From assembly GCA_027006785.1 (NCBI GenBank), contig JALTFR010000049.1, forward strand, positions 20,581 through 84,580: a stretch of DNA of 64,000 nucleotides, given 5' to 3'. Every line of letters begins with the position of its first letter. Within the stretch, counting starts at the first letter, position 1. Source of the DNA: Thermoplasmata archaeon (lineage in GTDB: Archaea > Thermoplasmatota > Thermoplasmata > WALJ01). The notes under the pieces are model-generated. The model was given only the letters and a program-made list of their open reading frames with translations. It was not told the origin of the DNA and searched no databases. Both the position numbers and the translations under genes were made by a program. Shown in pieces: positions 9,317-17,592 of this stretch.

Positions 9317-10075
9317 ATGAGAGTCGCGCTCCGCTTCGGCTATGACGGCAGGAGGTTTCACGGCTATGCGAGGCAGCCAAATGTCAAGACCGTTGAAGGA
9401 GAGATACTGAGGGCCCTCGACAGGATAGATGCTAGGCACATACGGTTTCGGAGCGCCAGCAGGACGGACAAAGGGGTGAGCGCGATATCCAATGTGGTGG
9501 CTTTCGACACGAACTTCAGGCCCGAGGAGCTTCCGAAGGCCCTGAACGCCAACACGGAACACATATTCTTCCACGGCTGGTCTGAGGTTGACATGGAATT
9601 CGACCCGAGAAGAGCGAAGATGAGGTGGTACCGATACCACCTCTTCGGGGAGCACGACATCGATGCCATGAAGGAGGTTGCGAAGCTTTTCATCGGAAAG
9701 CACGATTTCTCAGGCTTCGCAAGGATGGAGGATGGAAAGAACCCTGTGCGATCCATAGAGAGCATAGAGTTCCATGAGGATAGCGGGCTTTATGTGTTGG
9801 ATATAAGGGCCCAGAGCTTCCTATGGCAGATGGTCAGAAGGCTCGTCGGCGCGATGTTCTCGGTTGAAATGGGTGAGCGAAGCGTGGAGGATGTAAAAAG
9901 GGCCTTATCCGGTGAGAAGGTCATTTTCAGGATTGCAGAGCCGGAGCCTCTTTTTCTGATGTCCGTTGATTACAGCCATTTCAGATTCAATGAAAGCAGA
10001 TGTCTCAAAATCGATGCAATAGAAAGACAGATACGACTGACACAGGCTTTTCTTACCTACATGGGGCGGCAATAA
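9317..10075 (+). CDS. truA: tRNA pseudouridine(38-40) synthase
   Basis: MRVALRFGYDGRRFHGYARQPN...RTDKGVSAISNVVAFDT... matches the TruA/Pus catalytic Asp region. Confidence 0.8.
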   Translation: MRVALRFGYDGRRFHGYARQPNVKTVEGEILRALDRIDARHIRFRSASRTDKGVSAISNVVAFDTNFRPEELPKALNANTEHIFFHGWSEVDMEFDPRRAKMRWYRYHLFGEHDIDAMKEVAKLFIGKHDFSGFARMEDGKNPVRSIESIEFHEDSGLYVLDIRAQSFLWQMVRRLVGAMFSVEMGERSVEDVKRALSGEKVIFRIAEPEPLFLMSVDYSHFRFNESRCLKIDAIERQIRLTQAFLTYMGRQ

Positions 10076-10112
10076 GGAAACTTTATAAACTTGTAATAGA
10101 TACCGTATACCG

Positions 10113-10541
10113 ATGAGCCTGAGAACAGTTAGAATATCGAGAGACGAGCTTTTACGAATAAGGAAGATATATGAGAATGTCATGTCATACGCCTGTTACG
10201 GCCTCTTTTTCAAGGAGGGGGAAGTCCTCGGCGAGTCCATATCCGAATTTGCCATGAAAAGCTCAGGTGGCGAGCGTGAGAAATACTTTGAACTTGTAGC
10301 AAATCTCATGGCAGGAAGAGGCTGGGTGGAAAAGGCGGAATTCAAGGATGGCAAAGCCATTGTTGAAGGATCAATAGAGGTTGAAGAGGGGGCCGGACAT
10401 ACAACATGCCATCTTCTTAGAGGGATGATAAAAAAGATTTACGAGGCCATTGACCTGGAGAGATATGATTGTGAAGAGGAGCAGTGTGTGAGCAAAGGAG
10501 ACCCGAAATGCGTATTTGTCGTTAAGAAAAGAGGAGTGTGA
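10113..10541 (+). CDS. V4R (4-vinyl reductase) domain protein
   Basis: 142 aa with Cys-containing V4R-like core ...EGAGHTTCHLLRGMIKK...CVSKGDPKCVFVVK. Lies immediately upstream of the roadblock gene. Confidence 0.5.
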   Translation: MSLRTVRISRDELLRIRKIYENVMSYACYGLFFKEGEVLGESISEFAMKSSGGEREKYFELVANLMAGRGWVEKAEFKDGKAIVEGSIEVEEGAGHTTCHLLRGMIKKIYEAIDLERYDCEEEQCVSKGDPKCVFVVKKRGV

Positions 10542-10545
10542 TCAT

Positions 10546-10896
10546 ATGGTGGATTATGAAAATATAATAAAAGATATGAAAAAAAGGTTTTCATTGAGTG
10601 CTGCCGGGTTCATAAGTAGAGACGGCATGCCAAAATATGTAGAGGTCCCTGACGGCACATATCCGGAAACATTCAGCATAATGTGTGCAACGGTTCTGGG
10701 CGCGGCAAGCACAGCTGCGATGGAACTGGGTCAGGAAAGCCCTGATTCCTTGATTGCGGAGACAGGCAAGATGAAGCTCTACATATTGCCGGCAGGCATC
10801 AAAGGACTTCTGGTCGCTGCCAGAGACAAGGGTAGCAGTGGTGCTTCCGATGAAGAAATAATAAAAACCATGAAAGAAATCGTTTCAAAGCTATGA
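10546..10896 (+). CDS. roadblock/LC7 (MglB-like) domain protein
   Basis: Start MVDYENIIKDM with GAGGAG 10 nt upstream. ...AAGFISRDGMPKYVE...ETFSIMCATVLGAASTAAMELG... fits the roadblock fold signature. The table ORF starts at 10516. Confidence 0.6.
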   Translation: MVDYENIIKDMKKRFSLSAAGFISRDGMPKYVEVPDGTYPETFSIMCATVLGAASTAAMELGQESPDSLIAETGKMKLYILPAGIKGLLVAARDKGSSGASDEEIIKTMKEIVSKL

Positions 10897-10942
10897 TTTT
10901 CAGATTTGCAATTAATGGCTCCGTGTTTGACTGATTCAAAAC

Positions 10943-10962
10943 TATTTTTATTATATTAAAAT
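10943..10962. terminator. T/A-rich convergent terminator region between roadblock gene and gcvT
   Basis: ctatttttattatattaaaattaaac lies between convergent genes. Archaeal terminators are oligo-T tracts. Confidence 0.3.
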
Positions 10963-12056
10963 TAAACAAAAGGTGGTTTAACAACCACTCCTTCGCTCAT
11001 TTTTCCTCTTATGTCCACCTCCACTTTATTTCCCTTTTCCGCGTGTTCTCTGCTGAGGTATGCCAGAGCTATCCCTTTTCCTAGAACCGGTGATTTTGTT
11101 CCGCTGGTAACGGTTCCTATTTCTTTTCCCATATGGTAGACCTTCTGACCATGACGTGCTATCCCCTTTTCCATGACTATGCCTCTGAACTTATCGTAAT
11201 CACCATTTTCTTTCTGCTTTAAAAGAGCATCCTTTCCTATGAAATCATGGTCCCAGTCTATCACGAAGTCCCATCCGGTCTCAAGTGTCGTCCGATCCTC
11301 ATTGAAGTCCTGACCTGAAAGAAGAAAACCCTTTTCAAGTCTTAGGGTGTCCCTTGCCCCGAGGCCACAGGGCTGTATATCCATTTCAATAAGCTTTTTC
11401 CACAGTTTCTTTCCCTGTTCCCGGAGAGTTATTATCTCAAATCCGTCCTCACCAGTATAACCGGTTCCAGATACCAGAGATTCTTCGGAGAAGCGTGAGA
11501 GGGGCCCTTTGGCGTCCTCAGTTCCAAGACCGAGATCGGCCCATCCCGATTTAAAGAACTTGACCTCTGCGGCATCATCAGATATCTTTTTCATGAGTTC
11601 CCTTGATTTCGGCCCCTGAAATGCTATGCATACGAGTTCGTCAGTAAGGTTCTCCATTTCAATTTCAAAGCCTCCAAGATGCTTTCTGAACCACTCTTCT
11701 ATCATGGGTGTTGTACCTGCATTCGGAACTGCAAGGTACTCGTCGTCGGACAGACGATATGCAATCATATCATCCTTTATCTTTCCCTTTTCGTTGAGTA
11801 TGTGTGTGTACTTCGCATTTCCCTCTTTAAGTCCTTCAAAATCACCTGTGGTAACATAACTCAGAAATTTTCCGGCATCTTTTCCTTTTATTATCAGATC
11901 CCCCATATGGGAAACATCGAATATGCCTGCATTTTCCCTGACGGCCATGTGCTCCTTTATTATCCCGTCATACTGCAGGGGCATTTCCCATCCGCCGAAC
12001 TCTGTCATCTTCGCTCCGAGAGCGACGTGTTCATCATAAAGTGGAGTGCGTTTCAT
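10962..12056 (-). CDS. gcvT: glycine cleavage system T protein (aminomethyltransferase)
   Basis: MKRTPLYDEHVALGAKMTEFGGWEMPLQYDGIIKEHMAVRENAGIFDVSHMG is a canonical GcvT N-terminus. Confidence 0.85.
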   Translation of the reverse strand: MKRTPLYDEHVALGAKMTEFGGWEMPLQYDGIIKEHMAVRENAGIFDVSHMGDLIIKGKDAGKFLSYVTTGDFEGLKEGNAKYTHILNEKGKIKDDMIAYRLSDDEYLAVPNAGTTPMIEEWFRKHLGGFEIEMENLTDELVCIAFQGPKSRELMKKISDDAAEVKFFKSGWADLGLGTEDAKGPLSRFSEESLVSGTGYTGEDGFEIITLREQGKKLWKKLIEMDIQPCGLGARDTLRLEKGFLLSGQDFNEDRTTLETGWDFVIDWDHDFIGKDALLKQKENGDYDKFRGIVMEKGIARHGQKVYHMGKEIGTVTSGTKSPVLGKGIALAYLSREHAEKGNKVEVDIRGKMSEGVVVKPPFV

Positions 12057-13300
12057 GAGGCAGGATTATTTTCACCGTTTAAACCTTGCTGTTCAAATAC
12101 TGCCCGGTTCTTCTTGAATGAAAAGAATGAGAGACCGAAGAGGAGCCCCAGAATACCCACCGCCAGCATGACCGAGCTCACACCCACTGCATCGGCTAGC
12201 ACTGTTTCAACACCCATTGAAAGCAGGGTTGCTATCTGCATTATGGCTCCGAAGGCACCGAATACTCTTCCCCTTATCTCGTCGGGAGCGCTCTCCTGGA
12301 GCAGGGTTGTTACCGGTGTGTTAAAGAACACCATCGCTATACCGAAGAAGGAAAGGGTCTGGAATGCGACCCATGAATACGGAAACAGGACAAGGAGGAC
12401 AACCATTCCTGCCAGAGTCATATTTGCCCCGAATACCATGCTCTTCTTTGAGAATGCGGAACCCATCACTCCGATGGTTATGGAGCCTATCAATGAACCA
12501 ACTCCCTGAAGCCCTTCCAGAACTCCCATCTGAAATAGGTTCATATGAAGAACATCCCTTATGAACACCATATAAAGCGGCCCGAAGCCTCCGAAAAAAA
12601 GTATGAGTATGAAGATGTAGAGCATGACCCCTTTTATGACCGGGTGCCTGAATGAGAATTTTATACCTTCCGCTGTCTCATGCCAGACCTCTTTCTTCTC
12701 ATTAGTTCTTTTAACCTCTCCGCTAAAGGACATCCACATGATGCACATCGAGGATACGAAGAAAGATATCCCGTCAAAGAGAAATACGGAGCGCAAGCCG
12801 AACATTCCGATGAGCGCTGCTCCCATCGCAGGCCCGAGTATCGTTGCCAGCATGTATGTCGTCTGGGAGAACGAGTTTGCGGACATCAACACATCCTCAT
12901 CCACGATATCAGGTATTATTGCGCTCTGCGCCGGATAGAAGAAGCGCGACACCGTGGCAAGCATGAAGACGGAACCGTAGATGTACCAGAGTTCATGGTA
13001 GAAGACGAGGGAGAGCACGATGAATCCCCTGAGAACATCGGCAACGGCCATCACATGCTTCCTGTTCCATCTGTCAACATAACTTCCCGCTATCGGTCCG
13101 AAAATGAGTGTGGGTACTGCGATCATCACCATGAGAAAACCGAGATATTTTGCATCAAGGTCAAGAACATACAGTATCGTGGCCATAAGACCCATGTAGA
13201 AGAAATTGTCACCGAAATTGGATATCAACTGGCCTATCCAGAGTTTGGTGAAATCCCTGTTGAATATGCGCCGTATGTTTGAAAGTGATGCCACAATCAC
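12053..13300 (-). CDS. MFS transporter
   Basis: 415 aa with 12 TM segments and MFS motifs such as GSYVDRWNRK. ATGA overlap with gcvT, so same operon. Confidence 0.7.
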   Translation of the reverse strand: MIVASLSNIRRIFNRDFTKLWIGQLISNFGDNFFYMGLMATILYVLDLDAKYLGFLMVMIAVPTLIFGPIAGSYVDRWNRKHVMAVADVLRGFIVLSLVFYHELWYIYGSVFMLATVSRFFYPAQSAIIPDIVDEDVLMSANSFSQTTYMLATILGPAMGAALIGMFGLRSVFLFDGISFFVSSMCIMWMSFSGEVKRTNEKKEVWHETAEGIKFSFRHPVIKGVMLYIFILILFFGGFGPLYMVFIRDVLHMNLFQMGVLEGLQGVGSLIGSITIGVMGSAFSKKSMVFGANMTLAGMVVLLVLFPYSWVAFQTLSFFGIAMVFFNTPVTTLLQESAPDEIRGRVFGAFGAIMQIATLLSMGVETVLADAVGVSSVMLAVGILGLLFGLSFFSFKKNRAVFEQQGLNGENNPAS

Positions 13301-13359
13301 TGAGTACGCCTGCGCTATAAAATATTTGGCTCAAAAATAGGGAAAATGGGAAAGGGGGT

Positions 13360-14721
13360 TTAGTAGTTGCCCTGATCGATCATGGCATCTGCGACCTTGA
13401 CGAAGCCGCCGATGTTGGATCCCATCAGGAGGTCTCCGGGGTCTCCGTACTTCTCTGCGTACTTCGCACCGGTGTTGTATATGTTCACCATGATCTGCTG
13501 GAGCTTCTGGTCCACTTCTTCTCTTGTCCATGCGAGCCTCATGCTGTTCTGAGACATTTCCAGTCCGGAAACAGCGACACCGCCGGCATTTGCTGCCTTT
13601 GCAGGTCCGAATAGGACTCCGTTGTCCATGAAGTGGTGTATGGCATCAAGAGTTGAAGGCATGTTCGCACCTTCTACGACTGCCATAACTCCAGCATTGG
13701 TGAGGAGCTTTGCATCGTTGAGGTCTATCTCGTTCTGAGTTGCGCTCGGGAATGCCACATCAACCTGTCCTTCCTTAGCAGCGACTTCCCATGCCTTCTT
13801 TCCCGCATACCACGGGAGATTGAACTTCTCAGCCACTTCCTGAAGCTTTCCGTGCTTTATGGCCTTGGTCTCATAGACTGCCTTCCATATGTCATCGTTC
13901 AGTCCGTCAGGAAGATACATTGAACCCCTTGAATCGGAGAATGTTACGACCCTTCCTCCGAGCTGGGTGACCTTCTCTGCTGCGAACTGTGCCACGTTTC
14001 CGCTTCCGGATATTGCGACCCTCTTGCCCTTCAGGTCGGTTCCCTTGGACTTGAGCATCTCCATCAGATAGTATGTAGCTCCGTATCCGGTTGCCTCGGG
14101 CCTTATGAGTGAGCCGCCCCAGTTAAGTCCCTTTCCGGTCAGGACTCCCTCGAATCTGTCAACTATCTTCTTGTATGTTCCAAAGAGATAGCCAATCTCT
14201 CTTCCGCCGACGCCTATGTCTCCAGCGGGTACATCGGTGTCAGGTCCTATGTGCCTGTAGAGCTCCATCATGAAGTTCTCTGTGAATCTCCTTATCTCAG
14301 CATCGCTCTTACCGTGGGGGTCGAAGTCGGAACCGCCCTTGCCGCCACCCATCGGAAGTCCGGTCAGGGCATTCTTGAATATCTGCTCGAATCCGAGGAA
14401 CTTGATTATACCTATGTTCACTGTTGGGTGGAACCTGAGCCCGCCCTTGTATGGGCCTATTGCGCTGTTGAACTCGATTCTCATTCCTCTGTTCACATGA
14501 AGCTCTCCGTTATCGTCTTCCCATGTGACCCTGAAAAGAACCTGCCTCTCCGGCTCGGTTATCCTCTCGAGGATCTTGTGCTTCATGTACTTGGGCTCCT
14601 TGTCGAGGACTGGCACAAGTGTGTTCAGCACCTCCTCAACAGCCTGGTGGAACTCGGCCTGTGAAGGGTTCTTTGCCTTCACCGTCTCTATGACGCTTTC
14701 CACATACTCTTTTCCGTTCAT
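13360..14721 (-). CDS. gdhA: glutamate dehydrogenase
   Basis: LPMGGGKGGSDFDPHGKSDAEI is the catalytic Lys block, with GSGNVAQF as the NAD(P) motif. Start is MNGKEYVES at 14721 with GGTGA upstream. The table ORF of 643 aa extends into non-GDH N-terminal sequence and is rejected. Confidence 0.85.
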   Translation of the reverse strand: MNGKEYVESVIETVKAKNPSQAEFHQAVEEVLNTLVPVLDKEPKYMKHKILERITEPERQVLFRVTWEDDNGELHVNRGMRIEFNSAIGPYKGGLRFHPTVNIGIIKFLGFEQIFKNALTGLPMGGGKGGSDFDPHGKSDAEIRRFTENFMMELYRHIGPDTDVPAGDIGVGGREIGYLFGTYKKIVDRFEGVLTGKGLNWGGSLIRPEATGYGATYYLMEMLKSKGTDLKGKRVAISGSGNVAQFAAEKVTQLGGRVVTFSDSRGSMYLPDGLNDDIWKAVYETKAIKHGKLQEVAEKFNLPWYAGKKAWEVAAKEGQVDVAFPSATQNEIDLNDAKLLTNAGVMAVVEGANMPSTLDAIHHFMDNGVLFGPAKAANAGGVAVSGLEMSQNSMRLAWTREEVDQKLQQIMVNIYNTGAKYAEKYGDPGDLLMGSNIGGFVKVADAMIDQGNY

Positions 14722-14871
14722 TTTTTCACCTTTCTGTCTTTTTACCGGCAGAATCTCATTTTTCTGCCGTTTTTCTTCTACCGGCACTGTGCGCATATTC
14801 GTTCTTATTATAAACATTTGCCCGAAAGCTCTGCACGATGCATTTAAGTAATCCTTTATCATTCTCTGTTC

Positions 14872-15348
14872 ATGGAAGAGAAAAACGCTGTCGAAGTTGT
14901 ACAGGCACGAGGTATGACCAGCATAGCAAGGGCTAGAGGAAGCAATACGTGGGTTGTTATGGACGGGCCTTACAGGTTCAGAGGTTCCAGCGCAGGTGCC
15001 AGACCAATGGAGATGTTCCTCATGTCCCTGGGCGGATGCACCGCCATGGATGTCATTTCCCTCATGGATAAGATGAAGGTTCCTTACAGAAAGCTCCGCA
15101 TAAGCATAGATTATGAAAGAACCGACGAGCATCCCAAGGTATACACGAAGATATGGATTCACTACATAATCTATGGAAACATAAGTGAAGAAAAGGATGT
15201 AAAGAACATTGAAAAGGCTATCAATCTCTCTCAGACAAAGTACTGCTCTGTCAGTGCCATGGTAAAAGCTGCCGGAATAGATCTCCTGCATGACTATACG
15301 ATAAGGCCACCTGAGACGGCAGAGATACCAGAGGTATGGGAAAAGTAA
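14872..15348 (+). CDS. OsmC/Ohr family peroxiredoxin-like protein
   Basis: ...LMSLGGCTAMDV...TKYCSVSAM... are the two conserved Cys motifs of OsmC. Confidence 0.7.
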   Translation: MEEKNAVEVVQARGMTSIARARGSNTWVVMDGPYRFRGSSAGARPMEMFLMSLGGCTAMDVISLMDKMKVPYRKLRISIDYERTDEHPKVYTKIWIHYIIYGNISEEKDVKNIEKAINLSQTKYCSVSAMVKAAGIDLLHDYTIRPPETAEIPEVWEK

Positions 15349-15412
15349 AGGGTAAAACTTAAATCCTACCTCTTAATAGCCGCACCCCATAGCGTTAAAA
15401 AGAGGAATTTCC

Positions 15413-15691
15413 ATGAAGATGCCAAGGAAAGTTAAGCGGTACTGTCCGTACTGTAAAAAGCACACGATCCATGAAGTGGAGAGAGTCAAGAAGAAGAGGG
15501 CAAGTGAACTCAAATGGGGCCAGAGGCGGTTCAGAAGGGTTACCGCAGGTTATCGCGGTTTCCCAAGGCCAAAACCCGAAGGGCGTGAAAAGCCAACAAA
15601 AAGGGTCAACCTCAGGTACAAGTGCACGGAATGCGGGAAATACCACCAGCCCCCTGCATTCAGAGCAAAGAAGTTCGAATTGAAGGAGTGA
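15413..15691 (+). CDS. rpl44e: 50S ribosomal protein L44e (eL42)
   Basis: [40 protein letters not shown]...CTECGK is a zinc-ribbon r-protein. Confidence 0.9.
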   Translation: MKMPRKVKRYCPYCKKHTIHEVERVKKKRASELKWGQRRFRRVTAGYRGFPRPKPEGREKPTKRVNLRYKCTECGKYHQPPAFRAKKFELKE

Positions 15692-15695
15692 TACT

Positions 15696-15863
15696 ATGGC
15701 CGGAAAATTCATAAAGGTAAAATGTCCGGATTGCGGTAATGAACAGATAATATTCGACAGGTCAGCCAGTATTGTGAAATGCAACGTTTGCGGTGCTGTT
15801 CTGGCGGAGCCAAAGGGCGGCAAAGCGGAGATAAAAGGGGATGTTCTGGAGGAAATGTCCTGA
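15696..15863 (+). CDS. rps27e: 30S ribosomal protein S27e
   Basis: Hand translation gives [55 protein letters not shown] with a C4 zinc finger. It is shorter than 60 aa and absent from the ORF table. Confidence 0.85.
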   Translation: MAGKFIKVKCPDCGNEQIIFDRSASIVKCNVCGAVLAEPKGGKAEIKGDVLEEMS

Positions 15864-16648
15864 TGAAGTCTTTCAGAGAATTTCCGGATATCGGTGAGCT
15901 TGTCGTAGGGACAGTAAGTAGCGTTAAAGATTACGGCGCTTTTGTAAAACTGGAAGAATTCCCGGGAAAAGAGGGGTTCATACATGTTTCAGAGGTGACC
16001 ACAGGGTGGGTTAAATACATACGTGACCACATAAGAGAGGGAAAGAAGATAGTTGCGAAGGTTATTGATGTAAATAAATCGAAAAATCAGATAAATCTCT
16101 CTCTGAAACGTGTTACTGACGCTCAGAAACGCAAGAAGATGCAGGAATGGAAGAACGAGATACGTGGAAGAATGCTCTTCGAGCGCATGGTGAATATGAT
16201 GGGTATGGATGTCGAGCAAGCATACGAGAACTTCGGCTATGACCTCATAGAGGTTTTCGGCGGAATATATCCTGCAATGGAAGCTGTGGTTATGGAGGAG
16301 AATGTCCTTCAGGAAGAGGGCTTCGAAGGGGACTGGATACCGACCTTTGTCAAAATGGCAAAGGAGAACATAGCTCCTCCATTTGTTAAGATAAGCGGTG
16401 CCCTCATTATTTCATCAAATGACCCGGACGGCGTGGAAAAGGTACGTGAAGCCCTTCGCAGGGCTGCTTCTGCAGGTGATAACATAGAAATCTATTATAT
16501 TGGCTCCCCCAAGTACCGTATAACTGTCACGGCAGAGGATTACAAAAGCGCTGAAAAGATAATGAAAGCAGCTGCGGATGCTGCATTGGAGTACATGGAA
16601 AGCCTCGGAGAGGGCAACCATGCGGAGTTCGACAGAAAAGGTGAATAA
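15863..16648 (+). CDS. eif2a: translation initiation factor 2 alpha subunit (aIF2-alpha)
   Basis: [45 protein letters not shown] is the S1 domain N-terminus. ATG overlaps the S27e TGA. The table ORF starts upstream at 15779 with an alternative start. Confidence 0.85.
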   Translation: MKSFREFPDIGELVVGTVSSVKDYGAFVKLEEFPGKEGFIHVSEVTTGWVKYIRDHIREGKKIVAKVIDVNKSKNQINLSLKRVTDAQKRKKMQEWKNEIRGRMLFERMVNMMGMDVEQAYENFGYDLIEVFGGIYPAMEAVVMEENVLQEEGFEGDWIPTFVKMAKENIAPPFVKISGALIISSNDPDGVEKVREALRRAASAGDNIEIYYIGSPKYRITVTAEDYKSAEKIMKAAADAALEYMESLGEGNHAEFDRKGE

Positions 16649-16813
16649 ATGCGCTCTGCCATGAGAAAATGTCCTTCATGCGGTAGATACACACTTAAAG
16701 ACACATGCCCGGATTGCGGAGAACATACCATATCACCTATACCGCCCAGGTTCTCCCCTGAGGACAGATATGGAGATTACAGAAGAAAACTGAAGAAATC
16801 TGAGACGGAGTGA
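16649..16813 (+). CDS. nop10: H/ACA RNP protein Nop10
   Basis: Hand translation gives MRSAMRKCPSCGRYTLKDTCPDCGEHTISPIPPRFSPEDRYGDYRRKL, 54 aa with a zinc ribbon. Confidence 0.85.
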   Translation: MRSAMRKCPSCGRYTLKDTCPDCGEHTISPIPPRFSPEDRYGDYRRKLKKSETE

Positions 16814-16817
16814 TTAC

Positions 16818-17579
16818 ATGGAAGAGGTTATATTGAAGAAAATAAGCGATCCTGTTATGAAGGATGTCACACTTATAGAAGGTCTGCCGGGCGTGGGCAA
16901 TGTTGGAAAACTTGCCGTTGACCATATGATAGATGAACTGAAGCCGGAGCACTTTTTAAAGATATATTCCAAGAACCTGCCCCCGCAGGTACTTCTGGAT
17001 GATGATGGCATAGCCACTCTGGTCTCCCAGAATCTCTACCATTATGAAAAAGGTGGAGAGCATTTCGTCTTTCTTGCAGGAGAATATCAGGGAGCGGATT
17101 CCAGAGGGCAATACGAACTGGCCTATACTCTTCTCGACTTTCTTAACAGCGAATACGGCATACAGAGGATATATACACTTGGCGGATATGGTCTCGGAAA
17201 GATGCTGGAAGAACCCCGTGTTCTGGGTGCCGCAACATCAAAGGAGATGGCTGAGCTCATGAAAAAAACAGGGATAATATTCTCCGAAGGAGAACCTTCG
17301 AACGGGATAATCGGTGCCAGCGGAATCCTGCTGGGACTCGGCAAGGAACTGTTCGGAGTTGACGGCGGCTGTCTTATGGGAGAGACATCGGGGTACATAG
17401 TGGATGCGAGGAGCGCAAGAAACGTACTGGAGGCCCTCATGAAGTTAACAGGAATAGAGGTCTCTACAGATGCCCTAGAAGCTCAGTCCGAGGAGGCAGA
17501 AGAGATACTGAACAACCTCAGAGAGGCTGCAGAGCGCTCCCTTGAAAGTGAGAATGATGACCTCAGGTATATTGGTTGA
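16818..17579 (+). CDS. PAC2-family proteasome assembly chaperone-like protein
   Basis: 253 aa, LIEGLPGVGNVGKLAVDHMIDEL. It holds the conserved position after L44e-S27e-aIF2a-Nop10 in archaea. Confidence 0.55.
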   Translation: MEEVILKKISDPVMKDVTLIEGLPGVGNVGKLAVDHMIDELKPEHFLKIYSKNLPPQVLLDDDGIATLVSQNLYHYEKGGEHFVFLAGEYQGADSRGQYELAYTLLDFLNSEYGIQRIYTLGGYGLGKMLEEPRVLGAATSKEMAELMKKTGIIFSEGEPSNGIIGASGILLGLGKELFGVDGGCLMGETSGYIVDARSARNVLEALMKLTGIEVSTDALEAQSEEAEEILNNLREAAERSLESENDDLRYIG

Positions 17580-17592
17580 GGATAAGCTGGAT

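Noticed and set aside
11679-12509. 276-aa plus-strand ORF
   Set aside because: Antisense across the gcvT/MFS junction. No motif. Both sense genes are strongly supported.
13360-15291. 643-aa ORF for glutamate dehydrogenase
   Set aside because: The first 190 residues are hydrophobic or low-complexity and unrelated to GDH. An internal ATG at 14721 with a GGTGA RBS gives a normal 453-aa GDH, so the extension is an ORF-finder artefact.
15395-15985. 196-aa minus-strand ORF across L44e/S27e/aIF2a
   Set aside because: Antisense to three highly conserved genes. No motif.
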